Assembly: GCA_963818475.1 (NCBI GenBank)
Contig: CAWFSF010000006.1
Span: 960,001-1,024,000 of the forward strand
Direction of reading: 5' to 3'
DNA length: 64,000 bases
Source of the DNA: Nitrospirota bacterium
GTDB taxonomy: Bacteria; Nitrospirota; UBA9217
A program made the position numbers and the translations under genes. Below, piece after piece: positions 1 through 8,819 of this stretch. Numbering within the stretch: the first letter of the stretch is position 1; each line of letters opens with the position of its first letter. A model generated the notes under the pieces. It made no database searches. It was given only the letters and a program-made list of their open reading frames with translations, and was not told where the DNA came from.

Positions 1-106
1 ATTAATGCACGGGGACCGGCTCATTGTTGCGCATTGCGTTCGATCGCTGGCCATAAAAAACGAGGGCAGCAGGTTTGCATTATACTTTGTTCGCGTCAGT
101 CCCGGA

Positions 107-858
107 TTAGTATGGCCGAACCATGATCCTGGTGTGGCATTTGAGGCAAAGGTCTCCGATGTTGGTTGATTCAACAGCCAGGAGCGCCTTTCCGTTCGAA
201 GAGTGCGGCCTATGACAGCTCAGGCATGAAAATTCTTTGTTCTGTTTCAACGGGTCGGGTCGTCCCCGTGTCGGGTGAAGGTCATTGCTTCCGTATCCTC
301 TGCGAGGACATGCTTGCCGTCGGACTTGCCGGGATGGCAGTCAGCGCAGAGCCGTTGCACCGGTTTTTCGAGCAGTGAAGCGTTGTCCGACGCGTGCGGC
401 GCGTGGCATGCGGTGCATTGTCCCATCGCAACAGGAGCATGTACGTTTTTTTTGGTAAAGGCGGCTTTGTCGTGGCAGGCATAGCAGAGGTACGGCATCT
501 CGGAGTTCAGGAGCTTTGCATTTTTGCTCGCATGAGGATTGTGGCAACCGGTGCATCGTTTGCCGATGGCTGCATGGACGACCTTTCCCTTAAAGCGCGA
601 TTGGTCATGGCACCCGTAGCACAGCTCAGGCTGCGCTGAAGAAAGCCCTTTACCGATCTTATTCATTTTCCTGTGGGGGATCACCCGTGCATCGATTGCT
701 GAGTGGCACGTGGGGCAGCCCATGTCAAGAGCAGCATGAACGCTTTTCCCCTGCGTGATATCCCCATGGCATTGCAAACAGCCGTCTTCCGCGGAAGAGA
801 GAGGCGCGGAGAAGAAGAGGGTTGCGAGAAGGAGGAATAAAAAGAATACCGTGCGCAT
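107..858 (-). CDS. Periplasmic multiheme c-type cytochrome (9 CxxCH), one frameshift near 300
   Basis: ORF 247..942 has a signal peptide from ATG858 (SD AAGGAG) and 7 CxxCH motifs, several in doubled CxxCHxxH style. A shifted frame continues ...EFSCLSCHRPH...DLCLKCHTRIMVRPY* to a stop at 107-109. Confidence 0.85.
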
Positions 859-1000
859 GTCCTGCTTCTCCTTTATGAAAAACGTGCCAGGAAAATAACT
901 ATGATCACAAGTCTCAGCATGTGCCGGAAACAATAACATCATCGCCTTAAAAATTCAAGCGCCTTCATCCAAAAAAACCAAAAATTAAACCAAAAATAAA

Positions 1001-1029
1001 TTGACATTATCAGCGTGCGGGACTAATAT
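1001..1029 (+). promoter_or_regulatory. sigma70-like promoter of the porin-cytochrome operon
   Basis: TTGACA (1001-1006), 17 bp spacer, TAATAT, preceded by A-tracts. Confidence 0.5.
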
Positions 1030-1056
1030 GCTGCGACTTAAGTATCATTCTTATAA

Positions 1057-2509
1057 ATGGGGATGTTCTTGAAAAATAATAGTATATTCTCTTGCACAGC
1101 TTTGATCCGTCTTTTTATCATCTTCTTTGCTGGTCTCGGTGTCTCTCTTTTGGGCGCCGGTTCTTTGCTCGCAGCGACCTCCGCTCAAACGCTGTCCCCG
1201 GCCGGACAGCCCACTGCAGAAAACCGGGTTGCCGTGGACGGATACCTCTCGACGCGGTATGTCTACCGGTCGGCCACGTTTCTCGATCCGGCAACGCTCA
1301 TCGACAGAACGGTGAGCGACCAGGACCTTTTCGGTGAGCTGCGTTTCGATATAAGGATGCCGAAGACCAACCGTTTCGAATTTCATTTTTTAGGTACTCT
1401 GCGAAAAGATCTTGATGGCAACAGCGATCTTACCGGTTTTTATCCTCTCGAAGATATCGGCAATACCTACCGCACCGAAACTCATGGCTACCTCTACGAT
1501 GCCCATCTCGGGATCAACGATCCGCTCCCGTTCCTGACGCAGGTGAGGGTCGGCAGGCAGGCGGGTCTGCGCGACGAGCCGGTGTTCTTTGACGGTCTCT
1601 CAACGGATATCCGTATGGGTTCCTTGCTGAGCCTCTCGCTGTATGGCGGAGCAGCAGTTCGTTTCTATGAAACAGACACGCACTGGGGTAATGATACCCT
1701 GGGCGGGGCAGGACTTGATGTTACTCCTGGACAGAATACAAAACTCAGTTTTGATTATCTCACCATAAAGAAAAAAAGCGCACTCCCCGCAACGATCGAT
1801 CAACAGGACAATATGGTTTCACTGAAACTCTGGCAGAGCATCGCATCGTTCATGAAGGCCTCGGTCAAGTACCGGTATCTTAACAGCGATCCCCGTGATG
1901 TGAGCGTTCGGGTGGTGAGCATGATCGCTCCTGCGGACATGGAACTGAACCTTAATTACTTCAAACAGTTCAGAGTGGAAAATGTCGTGGCCAACGAGCT
2001 CTCGCTCTACTACGACGTGCTGGGACAGTCCTCGCCGTTTCAGAGCTACGATGTGAAACTGCGCAAGCAACTGGGTGCGCACTACGCCGTTGACCTCGGT
2101 TACTTCAAGCGGTCTCTTCAGGAAGAGTCGCAGATAAGTTCTTTTGACCGTGATTTCAGCCGAGTCTTTATGCTGCTCGAGATCATGGACCTGCCTGCGG
2201 ACCGTGTTTCCTTTACGCTCACCGGCGAACGATGGTTTACCGAGGGGAGGGACTACCATTCAGGCGGGCTGGACATCGGCTATCGATTCAAGAACATGAA
2301 GAAAGCCGGTGTGAATGTCGGCAGCGTCTTACAGCCTGTACAAATACGATTACTACACTGAGCTTGGGTTTCGTCAGAAGGTCCAAACCTATTATATGAA
2401 CGGCAAGGTCCCGCTCGGCAAAGGCGTTTCGATCAACAGCAGCTATGAATACGAGGACAGCATCGAGAAATATCAAACGTTCAAACTGGGGATGCGTTAT
2501 GATTTTTAG
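1057..2509 (+). CDS. Outer-membrane beta-barrel (porin of a porin-cytochrome conduit), frameshift near 2320
   Basis: ORF 1057..2361 has a signal peptide and amphipathic beta-strand pattern. ORF 2315..2509 supplies the C-terminus ending ...KLGMRYDF (terminal Phe, BAM-type). It lies directly upstream of multiheme cytochromes. Confidence 0.75.
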
Positions 2510-3047
2510 CGGCCAAAGGGTTAAGAAATATAGCATGATCTTGGTGGTTGCCGGGTTTGCCTTGAGCGCCAGCATCTTGTCGGGCTTGTGCGATAAATCT
2601 TTTGCTCAAACTGCTGTGAAGCCGCCTGCCGGAGCTGCAGCTGCTGTGCCGGACAAGATACCCTTTCCACGGCCGGATTCGCACAAGGGGAACTGGATAG
2701 AATATCACGGCGCGTCAGCCGGTTTAGATCTCAACGCAGGGGAGTCGACGTGCCTCACCTGCCACGAGCGGAATGATTGCATCTCGTGCCATAACACGCG
2801 GCCACCGCGGGACCATACGCAGACCTGGCGCACGCTGAGCCATGGTTTCATGGCAGAAGGGAACAGGGAACGCTGTTTCACGTGCCACAGGCAGGATTTC
2901 TGCGTGCGCTGCCATAACGAGACAGCGCCTCGCTCCCACACTGCCGGGTGGCTGGGGGGAGCGAACCTGCACTGCACCGTGTGTCATTTCAACGGCACTT
3001 TGCCTGGCGACGGCTGCGGTGTATGCCATAAAAAGCCGCCGCATTGA
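2499..3047 (+). CDS. Hexaheme c-type cytochrome
   Basis: Signal peptide; CLTCH, CISCH, CFTCH, CVRCH, CTVCH, CGVCH. The start overlaps the porin 3' end. Confidence 0.88.
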   Translation: MIFSGQRVKKYSMILVVAGFALSASILSGLCDKSFAQTAVKPPAGAAAAVPDKIPFPRPDSHKGNWIEYHGASAGLDLNAGESTCLTCHERNDCISCHNTRPPRDHTQTWRTLSHGFMAEGNRERCFTCHRQDFCVRCHNETAPRSHTAGWLGGANLHCTVCHFNGTLPGDGCGVCHKKPPH

Positions 3048-3099
3048 TAATCGCGAGCTTGATGCTAACGCAGGCAGCGCGCATTTAAGGAGTGTATGC

Positions 3100-4674
3100 A
3101 TGATTAAGCCGCTATCTCGACGTCTTGTTGCTTTATTCATATGTGCGGTGACGGTTGTCGGCTGCAGTTCGAGTCCGGGGCCCGATACGATCTCCTCCGG
3201 GTCTGGCCAGAGCCAGTGCACAACCTGTCATGCTCCGGGCAGTGCGATCGACCCGCTGACGACGAACAGCACCGGGACCTTTGGCAAACATGTTGCTCAT
3301 GTAACCGGCATGGGTTTCGCCTGTGAAACGTGCCATTTCAACTATACGAATCTCAGCACCCATGCGAACGGAACGCTGGACACGACGAGCCCCGCTGTTC
3401 TCGTTGTTTATTTCGACACGTCTAACCCCACGGGGGGCTGGAACAATGCCGCGGGAACTTGCTCTTCGTTAAACTGCCATGGTACTGATGCCCTCGACTG
3501 GTACGGAACGAGTGCGGCTAATTATCAGAGCTGCACCTCGTGCCATTCCTATGCGCTCGGTGCCAGGCGCATTGTTACCGGCACAAGCGGCGATTTCCGC
3601 GCCAATCCCGCTATCGTATCCAATCATGTCACGACGACCGGAGATCCTGCTCCTGCCCAGTGCAAGGTCTGTCACGATCTGTCTGCGCATACATCCGGGA
3701 CCGTACTTCTGCTGAATTCTGACGGCGGCGCAAGTATTGTTTACAATGCGGCAGCGCCGGCAAGCCTTGAGCCGTTCTGTTTGAGCTGTCACGATACGGG
3801 TGGCGCTGCATCGACCTTTGCAGCAGGAGGGTCGTCTCTCAAGCCGTTTAACGATAATAACACCCTGGGGAGCGTGCCGAATGTTGCCGGCAACAAGATC
3901 CAATCGTATTGGGCCGGCACTAACAACCGTCACAAGACATTCGGGTTGACCTGCGCGGGGACCGGAGCAGCAATAACGGGATGCCACGGCAATAGCGGGA
4001 AGATCAATATGCATGGTTCGGTTTCAAAAGGACTTTTGACGCAGAACCTGACCTTGGGAGTGGTCTCGGCGGTTTCCACTACCGTGCCCTATGACTATGA
4101 TTACAAGCTCTGTTTTGATTGCCATGCCAATTTTCTGGCAGTCTCTCCGCAGGTGGTTCTGGGCTACAAAAAAGGCGGCAATTACGACGTCACTGGGGTG
4201 GTCCCGCTTACTTCGTACTCGACGTCTACAACGACGATCCAATCGTTGTTCCGGGACCAGTATGTCGACAGTTCGCCCGGCGTACCGTTTTACAATGACT
4301 CGATCCCTCTACTGGAACCCTATGCGTATCTGCCGCTTCATAGCTATCACCTGCTCAGTGTCGTGACCAGCACCATGTTCATACCGGATGCAAATTGGAT
4401 GACGTGGAAATACCGCGGTGACGCCTCGCAGGCAGGCAGGATAACCTGCGTGACGTGCCATAATGTCCATGGCACGAACGGCCTTTCAGCCCGGAGCACC
4501 TTTGATGAGTTCGGGATCGCGAGCGCGGTATCGGGACCGGACCAGTACAGCACCATGCCCTTGAATAATTATAACGATGCCACGGTCATGGTGTCCTATC
4601 CCATGAACTGCGCTGTTGATTGTCATTATATGGCAGGCCAGACCTTTTATTGGAACACTCCTGCTAATGAGTAA
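3100..4674 (+). CDS. Multiheme c-type cytochrome lipoprotein with a CxxxxCH/CxxCH module
   Basis: SD AAGGAG before ATG3100; lipobox VVGC; 7 CxxCH plus CSSLNCH, CAVDCH and CAGTGAAITGCH; Thr/Ser/Gly-rich. Confidence 0.85.
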   Translation: MIKPLSRRLVALFICAVTVVGCSSSPGPDTISSGSGQSQCTTCHAPGSAIDPLTTNSTGTFGKHVAHVTGMGFACETCHFNYTNLSTHANGTLDTTSPAVLVVYFDTSNPTGGWNNAAGTCSSLNCHGTDALDWYGTSAANYQSCTSCHSYALGARRIVTGTSGDFRANPAIVSNHVTTTGDPAPAQCKVCHDLSAHTSGTVLLLNSDGGASIVYNAAAPASLEPFCLSCHDTGGAASTFAAGGSSLKPFNDNNTLGSVPNVAGNKIQSYWAGTNNRHKTFGLTCAGTGAAITGCHGNSGKINMHGSVSKGLLTQNLTLGVVSAVSTTVPYDYDYKLCFDCHANFLAVSPQVVLGYKKGGNYDVTGVVPLTSYSTSTTTIQSLFRDQYVDSSPGVPFYNDSIPLLEPYAYLPLHSYHLLSVVTSTMFIPDANWMTWKYRGDASQAGRITCVTCHNVHGTNGLSARSTFDEFGIASAVSGPDQYSTMPLNNYNDATVMVSYPMNCAVDCHYMAGQTFYWNTPANE

Positions 4675-4782
4675 CGACGCCAGAATGAACAGCGGAAAAA
4701 CGACATGGCTATGAACGGCTTAAAGTGTAACCCATGTCCCTGAACTCTTTTGTTACCTATGTCCTTGACTCGTACACACCGG

Positions 4783-4900
4783 GCGAAAATTCTTAACGCC
4801 AGGCTCGGTCGTCCTCGGTACATTTCGGAAACTCGCCCTTCGGATTCAGAAAGTCCGAAATGCTTTACCCTCGGACTCGGTCGCCTGGCTAAATTTTCGC
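4783..4900. repeat. Long imperfect palindrome between convergent genes (MITE/REP-like or terminator)
   Basis: Nested arms GCGAAAAT/ATTTTCGC, GCCAGGC/GCCTGGC, CATTTCGGA/TCCGAAATG. Confidence 0.55.
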
Positions 4901-4930
4901 ATGGAAACCATGCAAGAAGCAACTACCCTT

Positions 4931-5782
4931 TTATGCCTGTTCCCGCCATTTTACCGCAGTCGTGACCCACTTGTCGTCAACATGTCTTTCCATTAGTTCA
5001 AGCCCCGCCAGCTTCATAGCTGCAGTAACCTCCTCATCCTGTCCGGTGAGCATGCCGGAGAGCACGGCAATGCCCGACGGAGCTAAATGCGCGGCAATGT
5101 CCGGCGCAAGCTTGATCAGCACCAGGGATATAAGGTTCGCGGCGATAAGATCATACTGGCCGGGAACGTCAGCCACGCTGCCGCTCCGTATCTCCACCTG
5201 TTCCGTCTTGTTCACTATGCAATTCTTGATCGCCGCGTCCACGGCAAGCTGATCGGTGTCCACGCCAAGGACCTCTTTAAATCCGAGCTTTACCGCTGCT
5301 ATGGCGAGTATCCCTGTGCCCGTTCCGATGTCCAGGAACCGTTCCTGTTTTGTCCGGGGCGCGAGGCGTTCCATGAGCAGCAGGCATGACCGCGTGGTCC
5401 CGTGGTGGCCGGTGCCGAAGGCCATGGCCGGGTCGACGATAAGATTGATCCTGCCGTCCTTCGGCTGTTCCCAGGGCGGCAGCACGGTAAAGCGTTCGCC
5501 GATATCGATGGCAGTAAACGACCTCTGCCAGGTGGCGTTCCAGTCCTGGTCCGGCACAAGAACATGGCTGAACGAGACGTGCTCCCTGCCGGAGGAGTCG
5601 AGGAGCGCCTGTATCACGCTTAACTCGCTTGTTATGGTGTCGATATCCGCCGTGTGCGGGAAATACGCGATCATCGCAGTTCGCTGTTCGATCACACCGA
5701 GGGTGCCGAGTTCGGAGAGCTTCTGGACCAGTGCGTCTTTATGGGCGTCGGGTATGTGGATGGTAAACTCGTAAAAGGGCAC
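4931..5782 (-). CDS. prmA: Ribosomal protein L11 methyltransferase
   Basis: DQDWNATW, DPAMAFGTGHHGTT, SAM motif LDIGTGTGILAI. Confidence 0.95.
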   Translation of the reverse strand: MPFYEFTIHIPDAHKDALVQKLSELGTLGVIEQRTAMIAYFPHTADIDTITSELSVIQALLDSSGREHVSFSHVLVPDQDWNATWQRSFTAIDIGERFTVLPPWEQPKDGRINLIVDPAMAFGTGHHGTTRSCLLLMERLAPRTKQERFLDIGTGTGILAIAAVKLGFKEVLGVDTDQLAVDAAIKNCIVNKTEQVEIRSGSVADVPGQYDLIAANLISLVLIKLAPDIAAHLAPSGIAVLSGMLTGQDEEVTAAMKLAGLELMERHVDDKWVTTAVKWREQA

Positions 5783-5824
5783 GGGCAGGCCTTTCTTGTG
5801 CGGTTTCAGAGATTAATCGTGGCC

Positions 5825-5854
5825 ATTGTAACAGGCAGCTGCAGGATCTGTCAA
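5825..5854 (-). promoter_or_regulatory. sigma70 promoter of prmA
   Basis: Minus-strand TTGACA (5854-5849), 18 bp spacer, TACAAT (5830-5825). Confidence 0.6.
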
Positions 5855-5891
5855 TCAGCGTATCTTTCTGTGATTCAGTGTGATATTTCCC
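5827..5891 (+). repeat. Left copy of a ~60 bp direct repeat bounding the island
   Basis: TGTAACAGGCAGCTGCAGGATCTGTCAATCAGCGTATCTTT...GTGATATTTCCC matches 18819-18876. Confidence 0.8.
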
Positions 5892-6249
5892 GGACAAGCC
5901 GGAACCCAAAACGAGACATAGTCTAAGCATTTCTCCGAAATGCCCCTAAGGATTATTGACAAAGCCCTGCAGTATATATAAGCTTATACGAAAGTATAAC
6001 TGGAATTCAAAAAAAATAAACGCCATTAACACGAAAGCATTTGATTTCAGAACAAGCGCGAAACATTACTGAATGTAGCTACCGTGAAACTTATTGTGTC
6101 GAATTGTACCGCATCCATCTCAGTGTGTGTCTGAAGTGACTCTCTCGCGTGGTCAACAACTTATAACTCCGATCGGAAGTAAATAGAAGCGGATAAAATT
6201 GATACATTTACGGCCTGACCTCCTGAGTTTTATCAATTGAGGAACAGCC

Positions 6250-7642
6250 ATGAGCAAGGTTTGGTACAATTTTTTCGAATGCAATGCCGCTTCGCGAGAT
6301 ATCCTTAGAAAGGATGTCATTGAATATCTCGTGCAGTCGGGCATAGAGATGCTCGAACTTGATCATGATAATCAGTGTGGAATTGGACTTCTTTTTTTTC
6401 ATGAGTTCTCGGATCGGCTGTGTAAATTCATAGGAGATGTCAGCCGGAACGGCATCAGGAGGGTGCTCTGCGCTCGCTTATGCCCGGTCCGCGTTAGAGA
6501 GCGATAATCCCTGGAAATTGCTGCAAGCAGGCGTTTCCGATGTCATTGCTCTCGATTCCTCAGTCGATATCTCGGAAAAGATAAGCACGCGCCTTGAACG
6601 CTGGATCGCAGTAGAGCATCTGATCGATAGCCCCGCGGTCTGCGAATCCCTTATCGGACAAAGCCCGGCATGGCGGTCGGTATTGCGGCAAGTTGTTGAA
6701 GTCGCGCACTTTACCGATTCAGCGGTATTGATCACCGGGGAAACCGGAACCGGCAAGGAGCTTGCTGCGCGTCTGATCCACACCGTCGATCCCAGGAAGG
6801 ACAAGGGCGACCTCGTCATTCTTGACTGTACGACCATTGTCCCGGAATTGTCCGGCAGCGAGTTCTTCGGCCACGAACGCGGCGCCTTCACGGGCGCCGT
6901 CGCATCGCGCGACGGCGCCTTTGCGATGGCAAATAACGGGACATTGTTCCTTGATGAGGTGGGAGAGTTACCTCTTAAGCTGCAGGCGCAGTTGCTTCGG
7001 GTAGTGCAGGAAAAGACATTCAAGCGCGTTGGAGGGAATGCCTGGCATTCCACGAACTTCAGGCTCGTTTGTGCAACAAACAAGGACTTGACGAAGGAGG
7101 TTCAACGCGGTGAGTTCCGCAGCGACCTGTATTACCGAATCGCCAACTGGACCTGCACGCTGCCGCCGCTGCGGGACCGGAGCGAGGATATCCTTCCTCT
7201 GGCCCGTCATTTTATAAGCGAACTGACCACTGGGAAAGATATGCCCGAACTGGACAAACTCGTTCGTGAATGCCTGCTCGTGCGAACGTATCCCGGCAAT
7301 GTGAGGGACCTGAAACAGCTTATTTCCAGGATCATGTGCAGATATACGGGAAAGGGGATGATCACCGTGGGAGACATCCCCGAGGAAGAACGGCCGCATG
7401 GAGCGATCAGCTCTGCTACCTGGTGCGACGGCCAAATGGAAAATACCATCCGCCAGGCATTGCTCCAGAATGTAGGGCTGAGAGAGATCCGCGGCGTCGT
7501 GGAAAAAACCGCCATTGATATGGCCATCAATGAGGCTGACGGCAATCTGCAGCGCGCGGCCAAAAAACTGGGCGTGACCGATCGTGCGTTGCAGCTGAGG
7601 CGTGCAGCGGATCGCTCCCGACTGGAAACGGGGACAAACTGA
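6250..7642 (+). CDS. sigma54-dependent transcriptional activator (bEBP) with atypical N-terminal domain; frameshift near 6465
   Basis: ORFs 6250..6507 and 6437..7642; Walker A GETGTGKE, GAFTGA, LFLDEVGE, FRSDLYYR, YPGNVRDL, C-terminal Fis-type HTH. Confidence 0.92.
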
Positions 7643-7692
7643 TGCTGCGCGACACATCAGGCGGAGTGGCGAAAGCCGTTGCGGACCTGTTG

Positions 7693-8463
7693 TTATCGTT
7701 GGATACGCGCCGGATGTCTTGGGTGAGAACCTGCGATCAGACGCATGATATTGCCGCCGAGGACATTGTCTTCATCCGATCTCGACAATTTCAGTGCATA
7801 TATCTTCTCCATTTCAACTTCGGGATGGAGCCAGGGGCCGTCGGTTCCGAACAATATCTTATGTGGCCCGGCCTGATAAACTGCTGCTTTAAGCTGATCA
7901 AAGAACCTTACGCCTGACGTATCGGTAATAATATTCGGATATCTTGACAAAAGTTCAATGAACATTCTCTGCACTCTTGAATCGTCATTAAATGTCCCGA
8001 GATGGGGGATGATGAAGGTCACGTCCGGATACTCGGAGGCCAAAGTTGGAATGATGGCTACTTCTCCCATGATGTCATACAGCACGGGTAGCGACAGCGC
8101 CCGGGCAGTCTCGCAGACTTCTCTTGTTATGACGGCGTCACGGCGGTGAACCTTGATGCCGCAAAATCCGTATTCTACGACAGTTTCCTTTACCATCCGG
8201 TGTATTCTTCCCCTGTCGCGAAACGCATGAACGAATGCAAAGCCGTAGAATCGGACAGGATCCCGCGCAATAATGCCCGCGACCTTCCTGTTCGCGGTCT
8301 GATAGTCCGAATGGAAAGGCGAGAAGAGGATGGTTCGGGCGATGCCGGCTTCTGATGCGCGCTGCAGATACCGCTCAAGCGGCAAATTTAATTGTCCTGG
8401 ATCTGTAAAATCCGCTCCAGTGCCGGCATGGCAGTGGGAATCAATGATTAGTGTCGGTTCCAT
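7693..8463 (-). CDS. Amidohydrolase_2 family metallohydrolase
   Basis: IIDSHCH, GIKVH, IIPHLG, ILFGTDGPW, VLGGNIMRL. Confidence 0.9.
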   Translation of the reverse strand: MEPTLIIDSHCHAGTGADFTDPGQLNLPLERYLQRASEAGIARTILFSPFHSDYQTANRKVAGIIARDPVRFYGFAFVHAFRDRGRIHRMVKETVVEYGFCGIKVHRRDAVITREVCETARALSLPVLYDIMGEVAIIPTLASEYPDVTFIIPHLGTFNDDSRVQRMFIELLSRYPNIITDTSGVRFFDQLKAAVYQAGPHKILFGTDGPWLHPEVEMEKIYALKLSRSDEDNVLGGNIMRLIAGSHPRHPARIQR

Positions 8464-8469
8464 AGAAAA

Positions 8470-8815
8470 CGGGCGCTATCCTTCTGCGGTCGTCCCTGAA
8501 TGGAGGTCCCGCTTCGGTCCTGATACCTCTCTTCCAATTGAGAGCGCCGCGCAGGGAACATGATCGCAGGCCGGTCGGGAGCAGGAATGGCGGTGTCGCT
8601 AATAACGGCGACATCCGCCGCGAGCATCTCTGCGTTATCGTTCAGAAAAGAGCGCAAATTGGGGCTGCCGATCGCTTCCTCACCCTCAAAAATACATCTG
8701 ATGTTGACCGGGAGCCGACCGGATCGTCCGGAGATACGACTCGATCGCCTTTACGTGGCAGAACAATTGTCCCTTGTCGTCTGATGAACCACGTCTGTAA
8801 AGGTAATTATCATGA
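8470..8815 (-). pseudogene. Internal fragment of an M20 family dipeptidase
   Basis: Manual translation gives YLYRRGSSDDKGQLFCHVKAIE, then a frameshift, then LPVNIRCIFEGEEAIGSPNL..ADVAVISDT. Only ~110 codons, with no N- or C-terminus. Confidence 0.75.
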
Positions 8816-8819
8816 TACT

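Noticed and set aside
873-890. sigma54 promoter before the nonaheme cytochrome (CTGGCACGTTTTTCAT)
   Set aside because: The -24 element is good, but there is no GC at -12 and it abuts the SD
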